Positions 1-9,499 of a DNA stretch of 64,000 nucleotides are shown in pieces (the stretch's first letter is position 1; the number at the start of each line of letters is the position of its first letter). The DNA lies in NCBI GenBank assembly GCA_041690595.1, contig JAWLHB010000005.1, positions 186,001 to 250,000 on the forward strand, written 5' to 3'. The position numbers were made by a program, and so were the translations under genes. The notes below the pieces were generated by a model, which was not told the origin of the DNA, did no database searches, and worked only from the letters and a program-made list of their open reading frames with translations. Source of the stretch: Lentisphaeria bacterium. GTDB taxonomy: Bacteria; Verrucomicrobiota; Lentisphaeria; JABSQK01; JAWLHB01.

Positions 1-689
1 TGGATCGCCCGCAACGCCCGCCCTACCCGCGAATGAATCAGATTCACCGCCAGGATCAACGACACCAGCACCAGCCCCCACGCAATATAGAAATTTCGTA
101 TCCGCTCATCCGTGGCATATGCGCTCTGAATGACCAACCCCGGAACCAGTTCGAAGGGCGGCACCCCCGACAGACCATCCGCTCCACCCAGAAAGCGGCT
201 CGCCACCGCGATCTTCTGGACGATCAGGCCGAAGCCGAGCGTGGCCATCGCCAGGTAATGGCCGCGCAACCGCAGCACCGGCATGCCGATCAACCAGGCG
301 ACCACCACCGTGGCCAGCAGCGCCCCGCCACACGCCAGCCAGGGTGAAACATAAAGCAGAGACTCCCCGTAGATCGTCTCGCGCTCCGCCAGCAACCGCA
401 GCCCCCCAAGCAGCCGCACCACCACGTGCTCCTGGTGAGCCACCAGATTGAGCGTCGTCAGCCGCGCCGACACATACCCGCCTATGGCAAAAAATCCAGC
501 ATGCCCGATCGAGATCTGGCCGGCATATCCCATCAGCAGGCAGAGCCCGATGACCACCACCGCATAGTAGCTCGCCATCGTCAACTGCGTCAGATAGAAG
601 CTCTTGCCCGCCGCCGTCGCCGATATCTGAATCGCCACGCCGAAGACCAGCGTCAGCAGCAGCGGCAGGTACTTGCGAAATCCTCTCAT
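1..689 (-). CDS. livM: Branched-chain amino acid-type ABC transporter permease (LivM-like), 3' end runs off window
   Basis: Not in the ORF track. Manual translation from ATG at 689 gives MRGFRKYLPLLL...GLCLLMGYAGQISIGHAGFFAIGGY, the LivM signature. The start overlaps the livH stop (TGATG). Confidence 0.85.
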   Translation of the reverse strand, partial: MRGFRKYLPLLLTLVFGVAIQISATAAGKSFYLTQLTMASYYAVVVIGLCLLMGYAGQISIGHAGFFAIGGYVSARLTTLNLVAHQEHVVVRLLGGLRLLAERETIYGESLLYVSPWLACGGALLATVVVAWLIGMPVLRLRGHYLAMATLGFGLIVQKIAVASRFLGGADGLSGVPPFELVPGLVIQSAYATDERIRNFYIAWGLVLVSLILAVNLIHSRVGRALRAI

Positions 690-1591
690 CAGAATTCCTT
701 CAGTTTCCCGGCTGCGCTCGAGCCGAAAATGCCGCTTGGACGGATGCACAGCACGATCAGCAGCAGCGCCAGCGCCGTCACTTCCTTGTACGCGCCACCG
801 ACAACTGAAACGCTGAACGCTTCCAGGATGCCAAGGATCATCCCCGCCGCCACTGCCCCACCGCTGTTACCCAGCCCCCCCAGGATCGCCACCGTGAAGC
901 CTTTGATCGCCAGCGGCGTACCAGCATCGTACTGCGCGCCGCCGATCGGACACAGCACACTCCCCGCCAAACCACCGATCGCCGCCGACAGCATGAACGA
1001 GAGCGTCACCAGACGGCTCGTGTTGATCCCGCAAAGGATCGCACCCGTCCGATTCGCTGCACATGCCCGCATCTCGCGACCAAGATTACTCAGGCGGAAG
1101 AAGAGAGACAGCGCCACCACGATCACCAGGCAGATGCCCAACACCCATAGCACCTGCGGCGATACGTGCGCTCCGAAAACACTAACTGAACTCGTGCTCG
1201 TCCCCGACCATGGCGGAAGAAAGTGGGGCTTCTCGTCCCATACGTGCAGCGCCGCTTCTCGAATAAGAATAGAGACACCAATTGTGATGACGATCATCCG
1301 CAGCACCGACGGCGACTTCAGCCACCGAATGAAAACCAACTCCACCATCCCCCCCACCAGGGCCACGATCACCACCGCGATGACGATCGCAAGAACCAGC
1401 GGCACACGCGCGCCATCCGAACCCGGCACATACAGCGTCGCCGAGATCATCGCACCCAGCATCACAAACTCCCCCTGCGCGAAGTTGATGATCCCAGTCG
1501 TGTTATAGATGATGTTGAAGCCGATGGCGACGATCGCATAAATGCTCCCGTACGTGATGCCATCAAGCAGAAAATTGAGAAACTGGTTCAC
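689..1591 (-). CDS. livH: Branched-chain amino acid-type ABC transporter permease (LivH-like)
   Basis: GSIYAIVAIGFNIIYNTTGIINFAQGEF and KGFTVAILGGLG motifs; hydrophobic throughout. Confidence 0.9.
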   Translation of the reverse strand: MNQFLNFLLDGITYGSIYAIVAIGFNIIYNTTGIINFAQGEFVMLGAMISATLYVPGSDGARVPLVLAIVIAVVIVALVGGMVELVFIRWLKSPSVLRMIVITIGVSILIREAALHVWDEKPHFLPPWSGTSTSSVSVFGAHVSPQVLWVLGICLVIVVALSLFFRLSNLGREMRACAANRTGAILCGINTSRLVTLSFMLSAAIGGLAGSVLCPIGGAQYDAGTPLAIKGFTVAILGGLGNSGGAVAAGMILGILEAFSVSVVGGAYKEVTALALLLIVLCIRPSGIFGSSAAGKLKEF

Positions 1592-1619
1592 GCGAGTCCT
1601 TGGCGGAACAAAACAAGGT

Positions 1620-1659
1620 AAAGAAAGGGGCGGTACAGCCTCATGGCCGGCACCGCCCC
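1620..1659 (-). terminator. Intra-operon stem-loop with U-rich tail between the binding-protein gene and livH
   Basis: Minus strand GGGGCGGT...ACCGCCCC followed by TTTCTTT. Confidence 0.55.
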
Positions 1660-1675
1660 CCGTAAGCAGGAGTCG

Positions 1676-2872
1676 TCAGGGCGCCGGCGCGAACTTGCCG
1701 TCCTTCACGGTCAGCATTTCGAACGCGTCGATCTGCAGCCCGTTGTGATCCTCGGCCGACATGTTGAAAATGCCCGCCGTCCCGACAAAGCCCTTCGTCG
1801 ATTCGAGCGCATCGCGGACCTTCTCCTTGTCCAGCGAATCCGCCACGGTGATGGCGTTGACCAGAAGCATCAGCGCGTCGTACGCATGCCCGCCGAAGGT
1901 GCTGGCCGCCTCGCCGAACTTCTCTTCATACGCTTTCTTGTATGCCATCAGCACCTGCTTCTGGGGATGATCCTCAGGAAGGGCTTCCGCGATCAGCAGC
2001 CGACCGCAGGGGAAGAGGGTCCCTTCCGACGCTTCCGGCGCCTGCTCGACATACTTGATGTTGCCGTAGCCATGGCTCTGGAAGAGCGGGATCTCCAGCT
2101 GCTTCTGGCGCATGTTGCTCGCAATGATTCCTTGCGCCGACACGATGCTCCAGTTGACTACCGCGTCGACATTCGCCCCCTTGACCTTCGTCACCAGATC
2201 GGAAAGATTGATCGCCGCCGGGTCATACATTTCGAGCATGACCAGCTCGATCCCGTAGTCTGGAGCATACTTCGTCAACTGCTCCGCGCCACCCTTGCCG
2301 AAGCCGGTGCCGCCATAGAGCGCCGCAACCCGCTTGATGCCCATCGTCCGCATCCGGTCGAAGATCATCTGCGCGGCAAAGCTGTCCTTCTGCGGAGTCT
2401 TGAAGACGTAACGAGCTACCGGGTTGACGATCTCTTCCGCCGCCGCACACGACAGCATCAGCGTCTGGGTCTGCTCACAGATATCCTTCACTTTCATCGA
2501 TGGGCCGCTGCGCGTCGGACCGATTATCGCAAAGACCTGCTCTTCCTCGATCAACTGCTTCGCCGCCGAGACAGCCTTCGTGGCATCGCCGACCGAATCC
2601 ATCACGATCAATTCGATTGGGTGGCCGTTGACGCCCCCTTGTGCGTTGATCTGTTCGACCAGCATCTCCGCGGTCCGTTTCTCTGGTGCGCCCAGAAAGC
2701 CGGCCGGCCCGGTTACCGCGAATATCGCGCCGATCTTGATGGGTGGCTTCTGTGCCGCGGCCGCCGTGTCGGAAGCGGCATCAACCGGATCGCTCTTGCT
2801 GCAGGAAACCAGCAGCCAACCCGAAAGCAGCAACAGCAGCGTGGCAAGACATGTACGTTGAAGTTTCAGCAT
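1676..2872 (-). CDS. ABC transporter substrate-binding lipoprotein (LivJ/PBP1 family)
   Basis: Lipobox-like LLVSC; IKIGAIFAVTGPAGFLG; FGGHAYDA. Start trimmed to ATG 2872, which follows an AAGGAG RBS. Confidence 0.9.
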   Translation of the reverse strand: MLKLQRTCLATLLLLLSGWLLVSCSKSDPVDAASDTAAAAQKPPIKIGAIFAVTGPAGFLGAPEKRTAEMLVEQINAQGGVNGHPIELIVMDSVGDATKAVSAAKQLIEEEQVFAIIGPTRSGPSMKVKDICEQTQTLMLSCAAAEEIVNPVARYVFKTPQKDSFAAQMIFDRMRTMGIKRVAALYGGTGFGKGGAEQLTKYAPDYGIELVMLEMYDPAAINLSDLVTKVKGANVDAVVNWSIVSAQGIIASNMRQKQLEIPLFQSHGYGNIKYVEQAPEASEGTLFPCGRLLIAEALPEDHPQKQVLMAYKKAYEEKFGEAASTFGGHAYDALMLLVNAITVADSLDKEKVRDALESTKGFVGTAGIFNMSAEDHNGLQIDAFEMLTVKDGKFAPAP

Positions 2873-2945
2873 GGGAATTGCTCCTTGGCAGGGTAATGAT
2901 GACGCCGGCACAACAGCGCTGTGCCGGCGTCGCCACGAATGGTCG

Positions 2946-4247
2946 TTAGAACGTGAAGACGGTCTCGAAGCGCACCCACTCCGCGTTGTCGCCTTGCGCA
3001 TAGTAGTCGCCGGCATCGAAGTAGGAGCCTTCCAGACGGAAGATCAGATTCTTGGTGGGATAGTAGTCGAGGAACATGCTGTACAGGTGACCGTATTCGT
3101 CGCCGAAAGCACTCCCTTCGTCCGCCATCAGGTAATGATACTGAGCCGTGTACTTCAGGAGCGGCTTGTCCTGCGCATCAACCAGCAGGTTGACATCGCC
3201 CGCAATGCGGTACTGGTGCAGATTGGTCCAGTTGCCCCGGGTCATGTGAAGATAAAGCTCTTCACGATAGATCGGGTAGGCGCTGCCCAGCCACGGATAG
3301 AAGCCTTCATAGTCGCTGGAACTCGCATCGTCGCCGCTGAAGTACGTGTACTGGAGTTGCACGTGCGGCTTGTAGCTGCTCTCGGTCTTCGAGAAGTAGT
3401 CCAGACGCGCATCGATTATCCAGGTTTCGACGTCGACGGTACCTTCCATTTCCCCACGCTGCGTCGCCGCTTCCAGGCTGTAGCGGAAGGGGCTGTCACC
3501 GATCGCGCCAAAGAGACGCACGCCGGGAATGAACGCTTCCAGATCGCTGGAGTTATCCGTGTCGTTGACATCCGCATACAGGAGATAGATGTCGGTGTTG
3601 AAGGAAGCATCGAAGCAATGCGTCCAGTAGGCGCCCGCGATCTGCCATTCGCCCGGACGCAGCTGCCGATCCTGATCGTGCAGCAGCACGAAGTCGTCCA
3701 GTTCCCGGTTGTACAGGTAGAGCAGCGTCGTGGTATCCGCTTCGCCACGGTAACGCATCACCACGCCGTCGTAGTAGATCGTCCGGCCGACATCCATGGG
3801 CGTCCCTTCCAGGATGAGCATGCCATTGCCGAGGATAACTTCCTGGCGGCCGATGACAATATCCAACGGCAGGTCGCCGACATTGGAGAGCGTCAGCCGG
3901 AAGCGATCCAGGATCAGCTCATCCGGAAACTTGTAGTTGTAAGCGCCGCTGTCGTCAGGATTGTTCGGATCGCGTGCCGAGGTGCTGTACTCACGCCATT
4001 TGTTGGTCAGCTGCAAGTCGAAGCGCACATCGTCGGTGAAGGCGTAACCAACACGCAGACGCTCGCGAACCCGAATGTAGTTGTCTTTCTGCGAATTCTG
4101 CACGTCGACATGCGTCAAGCGCAAGCGAACATCCCCTCCGAACGACCACTTGCTCTCGGCTTCCTCGGCGTCCTGTGCAAACGCGCGAGGCGCCAGCAAG
4201 CATGCCGTGAGCACCACCATTGTCCAGCTGTAGAAACAGGATTTCAT
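2946..4247 (-). CDS. Outer-membrane beta-barrel, alginate-export (AlgE-like) family
   Basis: Signal peptide ending AFA-Q; GGDVRLR, IGRQEVILGNG and YFSGDD motifs; C-terminal aromatic signature VRFETVFTF. Start trimmed to ATG 4247. Confidence 0.75.
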   Translation of the reverse strand: MKSCFYSWTMVVLTACLLAPRAFAQDAEEAESKWSFGGDVRLRLTHVDVQNSQKDNYIRVRERLRVGYAFTDDVRFDLQLTNKWREYSTSARDPNNPDDSGAYNYKFPDELILDRFRLTLSNVGDLPLDIVIGRQEVILGNGMLILEGTPMDVGRTIYYDGVVMRYRGEADTTTLLYLYNRELDDFVLLHDQDRQLRPGEWQIAGAYWTHCFDASFNTDIYLLYADVNDTDNSSDLEAFIPGVRLFGAIGDSPFRYSLEAATQRGEMEGTVDVETWIIDARLDYFSKTESSYKPHVQLQYTYFSGDDASSSDYEGFYPWLGSAYPIYREELYLHMTRGNWTNLHQYRIAGDVNLLVDAQDKPLLKYTAQYHYLMADEGSAFGDEYGHLYSMFLDYYPTKNLIFRLEGSYFDAGDYYAQGDNAEWVRFETVFTF

Positions 4248-4642
4248 TACAGTCCCCCTGATTTTTCCAAAACTTGATAAGAGCAGCCAGACGATGGCCA
4301 CTCCATCTGTGTAAGATCCACCCTGCCCGACTTTCGCAAAACACGTCCCCTCCCCCTTATGGAGGCAGACCAGACCGGGCACAACAACCGGCCTGCCCCA
4401 CGTTGAATTTCCCACATTCACGTCACGATGACCAACAATGTATAAAAACAATCGACGCTTGCAACTCCATTTGCGCAAATTCCGTGACATCCGTCACAAG
4501 ACTTCTTGGCCGTTCCCAGTTTGACAGCAGCACAACCCGCGGTTACTCCTATTCCCGACTTTTTTTGTCTCACCATCTTTCGCATCCACCGCAACGTACG
4601 CCCGCCGGAAGATGCACTCACCGCAAAGGAGCAACCAGACTG

Positions 4643-5482
4643 ATGATAATCCACATGTTCCCCGGCCAAGGCTCACAGAAGATCGGCATGGGCGAAGGCT
4701 TGTTCGACCGCTACCCGGACCTGGTCGAGCAGGCCGATTCTCAGTTGGGCTATTCCCTTCGTCAACTCTGCCTGGAAGATCCCGATGGCAAACTGGCCCT
4801 GACCTACTACACCCAACCCGCCCTCTACGCCGTCAACGCGCTCAGCTATCTTGCCCGCATGGACGACGGCGCCGCCTCAGCCGATTACCTCATCGGCCAC
4901 AGTCTCGGCGAATACAATGCCCTCCATGCCGCCGGCGCCTATGACTTCCTGACCGGCCTGAAGTTGGTCCAGCGCCGTGGCGAGATCATGAGCAAGGCCC
5001 ACGGCGGCGGCATGGCCGCCGTCCTTGGCATGAGCGGCGATGAGGTGCGGGAAGCCCTCCGCGACAGTGCCATCGACACCGTCGACATCGCCAACTACAA
5101 TTCGCCCGGACAGATTGTCATCAGCGGCCTCAAAGCGGACGTCGAAGCCGCCGTTCCCGCCCTCGAAGCGGCCGGCGCCAAGCGCGTCATCCTGCTCAAT
5201 GTCAGTGGCGCCTTCCATTCCCGCTACATGCAGGATGCCGCCAGCGAATTTGCCGCCTACATCGGCCAGTTCTCCTTTAATCCCCTGCGCGTCCCCGTCA
5301 TCGCCAACCTCACCGCCAGTGAGTATGACGACGACCATGTCGCCGATACGCTGGTCGCCCAGATCGATCATTCCGTTCGCTGGACCGATACCATCCTCTA
5401 CCTCAGAACCAAGGGCGATGCCGAGTTCGAAGAAATCGGCCCCGGCAAAGTGCTCACCGGCCTCCTGCGCCAGATCAGGTAA
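4643..5482 (+). CDS. fabD: Malonyl-CoA:ACP transacylase (short PksC/FabD-like acyltransferase)
   Basis: FPGQGSQ, GHSLGE and GAFHS (malonyl-type) motifs; AAGGAG RBS before ATG 4643. Confidence 0.9.
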   Translation: MIIHMFPGQGSQKIGMGEGLFDRYPDLVEQADSQLGYSLRQLCLEDPDGKLALTYYTQPALYAVNALSYLARMDDGAASADYLIGHSLGEYNALHAAGAYDFLTGLKLVQRRGEIMSKAHGGGMAAVLGMSGDEVREALRDSAIDTVDIANYNSPGQIVISGLKADVEAAVPALEAAGAKRVILLNVSGAFHSRYMQDAASEFAAYIGQFSFNPLRVPVIANLTASEYDDDHVADTLVAQIDHSVRWTDTILYLRTKGDAEFEEIGPGKVLTGLLRQIR

Positions 5483-5515
5483 GCACCTTCACGCGGCGAG
5501 GCATGGCAGTTCATG

Positions 5516-7747
5516 CTATCGCCGAAAAAGGAGCCAGGCGGTGGCGAGCACGGTCTCCGGCCCCCACCGCGGTTCCTTCGCCATCACCTCCGCCAGTGTG
5601 GCGCCGACGGCGTCGTGATGCGTTTCCAGGTAATGCTGAAGCGTCTGCCGTATGCCCTCCTGATCGCGCTCGCGGAAGGCCTCGATGACTGGCGCGTGTG
5701 AACGTTGCCACAGCGCCGAGCGGCGGTTGATCTCCTCATTGAGCATCTCCGAAATGCTGATCTTCGTCGTCGAGCGCAACAGCCAGCCGTTCGGAATCAG
5801 CAGCCAGCCGCAGAGCACGTTGAGCAGCTCGTAATACTCCTCGCGGCTCGTCAACCGCTCCAGGCTTGCAAAGACAACCGGAGCCGCGCTGTACGCTTCC
5901 AGCCGCAGCAAAGCCCGGCAGCACGATGCGATCACCTGCAGGTTCTCTTCGTCGCTGCACGCCAGCAGCTCCGCCAGCGGCCCGCTGGCCGCGGCATTCC
6001 CCACCTTTCCCAGCGCCCGCGCCGACATCGCCCGCACCCGTGCGGACGAACTGTGCGTGAACCGATCGATCAACGCCTCATAGGCCGGCGCAAACTTCAG
6101 CTCCCCCAGCGCCCAGGCAAGGTGGTCGCTCAGGTGCTCGCTGCGCGGATCCTCGAACAGGCGCAGCAACGCCTCCCCCGCCACCGGCGAACCTGTGCGC
6201 GCCAGGCTGCGGATCGCCTCCACCTTCACGTCGTACTCTGGATCACCAAGCAGTTCCAGGAGCGGATCGATCACCATCGGATTCTTCTGCCATCCCAGCC
6301 ACCGCGCCAGCTCTTCCCGCCGCCCCTCGTCCTCATGATAGAGATGGCGCTGTGCCGCGATCGTCCGCACCGGCCCGTACAGAATCGACGTGAAGAAATC
6401 GCCCACCCCGAAGTAAGGACGCGCATTCGGCAACCGCCGGGCCAGCAGGATCGTCACCAGCGCAATGATCGGCACCGCGATGCACAGGTACCCCTTCATC
6501 CAGTCGAAGTGAAAGACTCCCCCCGCAAACGGCATCGTTCCCCTCGGCATCGCCAGATCCTCCAACAACTTGCCCCCCAGCAACGCCACCAGCGCGATCA
6601 CCACAAACGAACAGAGGCTGACGATATTCATCGCCGGCAGCGAATCCCGGTGGCGCACGTGAAAATGCTGGATCGAGGTGTTGGCAATGCCCATCCCCGC
6701 CACCAGCGCCCCATTGAAGAGGCCGAATACCCCCAGCAGCACCAGCGTCAGCCAGTCGGTCTCCGTGAAGGCGCTCAACTCCGCCGCCATAGGCGTCAGC
6801 GGGCGCATCGGCAGCAGCAAGACCGGCTGCACGAAGACGCAGAGTGCCAGCAACCCGATCAGCATCGGCCGGAAGCCCACCGTATCCGCCACCCGCCCCC
6901 AGAGCAGATACGACAGCGCTCCGCCCACCGTCACGCACAGCACATAAAGGGAAACCATGTTCGACGGCACCAGCAGCATCCGCCGAAGATAGATGACGAA
7001 GATCGGCATGTTGATCAGCGCCAGCAGCAGAATAATCAGCAGCGGCAGCCGCAGCAACCGTGAACTCCGCAGAACGACCCAGAAGCTGGCCCCCTCCCCT
7101 TCCCCATCGCCGCTTTCCTGTGATCGCGTCGGAATCAGCCGCAACCAGAAAATCTGATTCAGCGCCCCCAGCGCCGCGATTACCAGCAGCAGCTTGTATT
7201 GCATTTCCGTGATCTCCTGGCCCACGATCACCGCCACCAGCAGGCTCACCAGTGCCGTCATCGAGCTGAACCAGAAGCGCATCGTCGCAAAGAAGCTGCC
7301 ACGATCCGCGGTCGTCGTCAGATCCCGCAACATCGGCTGCCACACCGTGATCGCCCCAAGCTGCTGCCCTCCCACAAAGGTCATCAGCAAGCCCAGGTAA
7401 AGTGGAAAGGTGAGCGCCGATGCAGGCAGAAAAAGGAGCACCAGAATCACCCCCAGGCGCACCATCAGGCTCGCCAGCAAGGTCCGCTTAAGCCCGAACC
7501 GACGCACCGGGCCCAGCAACGGTATGCGCAGAATCCCCACCATCGGCGCCACCGCCAGAATCGTCGCGATGCGCTTTGGCGAATACCCGAGCACGTCGTT
7601 CGCAAAGACCTGCATCATCGCGCCTGCACAGATAAAGGTGGCCGTGTTCGCAAAGCTGTTCCCCAAGATCACGTACCGCTGCGCCCGCTGCCGCTCCGCC
7701 GGCGTCAGCGACCACGTTTTTCTATCTTTCAAATCCAGGTTGAACAT
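5516..7747 (-). CDS. MFS transporter fused to C-terminal HEAT repeats
   Basis: About 12 hydrophobic segments with WGRVADTVGFRP (MFS motif A-like), then HEAT repeats (VKVEAIRSLARTG, VRAMSARALGKVG). Start uncertain (7747 or 7756). Confidence 0.8.
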   Translation of the reverse strand: MFNLDLKDRKTWSLTPAERQRAQRYVILGNSFANTATFICAGAMMQVFANDVLGYSPKRIATILAVAPMVGILRIPLLGPVRRFGLKRTLLASLMVRLGVILVLLFLPASALTFPLYLGLLMTFVGGQQLGAITVWQPMLRDLTTTADRGSFFATMRFWFSSMTALVSLLVAVIVGQEITEMQYKLLLVIAALGALNQIFWLRLIPTRSQESGDGEGEGASFWVVLRSSRLLRLPLLIILLLALINMPIFVIYLRRMLLVPSNMVSLYVLCVTVGGALSYLLWGRVADTVGFRPMLIGLLALCVFVQPVLLLPMRPLTPMAAELSAFTETDWLTLVLLGVFGLFNGALVAGMGIANTSIQHFHVRHRDSLPAMNIVSLCSFVVIALVALLGGKLLEDLAMPRGTMPFAGGVFHFDWMKGYLCIAVPIIALVTILLARRLPNARPYFGVGDFFTSILYGPVRTIAAQRHLYHEDEGRREELARWLGWQKNPMVIDPLLELLGDPEYDVKVEAIRSLARTGSPVAGEALLRLFEDPRSEHLSDHLAWALGELKFAPAYEALIDRFTHSSSARVRAMSARALGKVGNAAASGPLAELLACSDEENLQVIASCCRALLRLEAYSAAPVVFASLERLTSREEYYELLNVLCGWLLIPNGWLLRSTTKISISEMLNEEINRRSALWQRSHAPVIEAFRERDQEGIRQTLQHYLETHHDAVGATLAEVMAKEPRWGPETVLATAWLLFRR

Positions 7748-7899
7748 AGATCCCATCCTTCTCGCTGCAAAAACTGCCGCCTCCACAGCCAATGTCAATC
7801 CACAATTTTCCATTGGCAACGACTCGCCAGCCGGGCAGAATGACGCTACACTTGATGCTGACGGATGTAAACCCGACCTTCACACGAAAGGTAGCTGCC

Positions 7900-9450
7900 A
7901 TGCCTGACACCGCAACAAGACCCAACATCGTCTACTTCTTCGTGGATGACATGGGCTATGGCGACGCCTCCTGCCTCAACCCCAACGGCAAGATCCCCAC
8001 GCCCAATATCGACCGACTCGCCCGCGAGGGGATGACCTTTACCGACGCCCACTCCAGCTCCGCCGTCTGTTCCCCCTCCCGCTACAGCGTGCTCACCGGT
8101 CGCTACAACTGGCGCTCCTCCCTCCAGGCCGGCATCGTCGGTATCTATGGCGCCCCGCTCATTGCCGCCGATCGCCTCACCGTCCCCGCCTACCTGCGAA
8201 AGCACGGCTACCAGACCGCCTGCATCGGCAAGTGGCACCTCGGCCAAGGCTGGCCGTTCAAAGCCGACGAGGAGACCTTCTACCCGCGCCCCGGCGAAGA
8301 TGGCGATCCGGAAGCCACCCCCGAGCAACTCCAGCGGTGGCGGGATGCCTTCTCGCAACCCACCACCGGTGGGCCCACCACCCGCGGTTTCGACTCCTAT
8401 TTCGGCGTCGACGTGCCGAACTGGCCCCCCTACTGCTTCATCGAGGATGACCACACCGTCGGCATTCCCTCCGACTTTCTGCCGGCCCGCCTGGTGGGCG
8501 ACAACCTAGCCAGCTACTCCGGTCCCGCCATGCCCTACTGGCACTTCGAGCAGCTCCTCCCGACCTGGGCCAGAAAGGCCGAGCAGCTAATCGCCGCCCG
8601 CGCCGCCGACGCCGAGCCCTTCTTCCTCTATCTGCCCATGACCTCGCCACACACCCCACTCTCCGTCAACAAACCCTTCATCGGCAAGAGTGGACTCGAC
8701 AATCTCTATGCCGACCTGGTCATGGAAACCGACCACATCTTCGGCCGGGTCCTCGCCGCCCTCGACCGGCACGGCCTCACCGACAACACCCTCGTCATCT
8801 TCGCCAGCGACAATGGCTGCGCCCACTACATCGGCGCCAATGAGATGGAAGCCAAAGGCCATTTTCCCAGCGGCCCCTACCGCGGCTACAAATCCGATAT
8901 CTGGGATGGCGGCCACCGCATCCCCTGCATCGCCCGCTGGCCCCGCCTCATCCGCCCCGGCACCACCTGCGACCAGCTCGTCTGCCTGGCCGACCTCATG
9001 GCCACCTGCGCTGAGATCATCGGCGATCCGCTCCCCGACGCCGCCGGCGAAGACAGCGTCAGCATGCTCCCCCTCTTCCACGGCAGCCGCAAGCCCACCC
9101 GCGATCATGTCGTTCATCATTCCATCGCCGGTAAGTTTGCCATCCGTGACAGCCGGTGGAAGCTCGTCCTCTGCCCGGGCTCAGGCGGCTGGACCCACAA
9201 CGATGCCAAGGCCGCCGCCGAGGGGCTACCCCTCGTTCAGCTCTACGACATGCAAGCCGATCCCGGCGAGAAGCACAACCTCGCCAAACGCCATCCAGAG
9301 CAGCTCCGCTCCATGCTCGCCCTCCTCAAACAGCTCGTCGCCGACGGTCGCAGCACCCCCGGCCAGCCACAGGCCAACGACGTGCCCGTCGACATCTGGA
9401 AGCTCAACACCATGCCCGGCGTCGACTCCAGCATTCTCGACGATTACTGA
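7900..9450 (+). CDS. Arylsulfatase (formylglycine-dependent, S1 family)
   Basis: RPNIVYFFVDDMGYGD, CSPSR (CxPxR), LTGR, GKWHLG, SDNG. Confidence 0.95.
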   Translation: MPDTATRPNIVYFFVDDMGYGDASCLNPNGKIPTPNIDRLAREGMTFTDAHSSSAVCSPSRYSVLTGRYNWRSSLQAGIVGIYGAPLIAADRLTVPAYLRKHGYQTACIGKWHLGQGWPFKADEETFYPRPGEDGDPEATPEQLQRWRDAFSQPTTGGPTTRGFDSYFGVDVPNWPPYCFIEDDHTVGIPSDFLPARLVGDNLASYSGPAMPYWHFEQLLPTWARKAEQLIAARAADAEPFFLYLPMTSPHTPLSVNKPFIGKSGLDNLYADLVMETDHIFGRVLAALDRHGLTDNTLVIFASDNGCAHYIGANEMEAKGHFPSGPYRGYKSDIWDGGHRIPCIARWPRLIRPGTTCDQLVCLADLMATCAEIIGDPLPDAAGEDSVSMLPLFHGSRKPTRDHVVHHSIAGKFAIRDSRWKLVLCPGSGGWTHNDAKAAAEGLPLVQLYDMQADPGEKHNLAKRHPEQLRSMLALLKQLVADGRSTPGQPQANDVPVDIWKLNTMPGVDSSILDDY

Positions 9451-9499
9451 TCGCCATCCCTATTTCTTCATCTCCTTCCCCACCTCTACGGAATCCACC

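Noticed and set aside
8690..9499. Ser/Pro/Thr-rich N-terminal extension on the URO-D-like ORF
   Set aside because: It is an off-frame reading of the C-rich sulfatase gene
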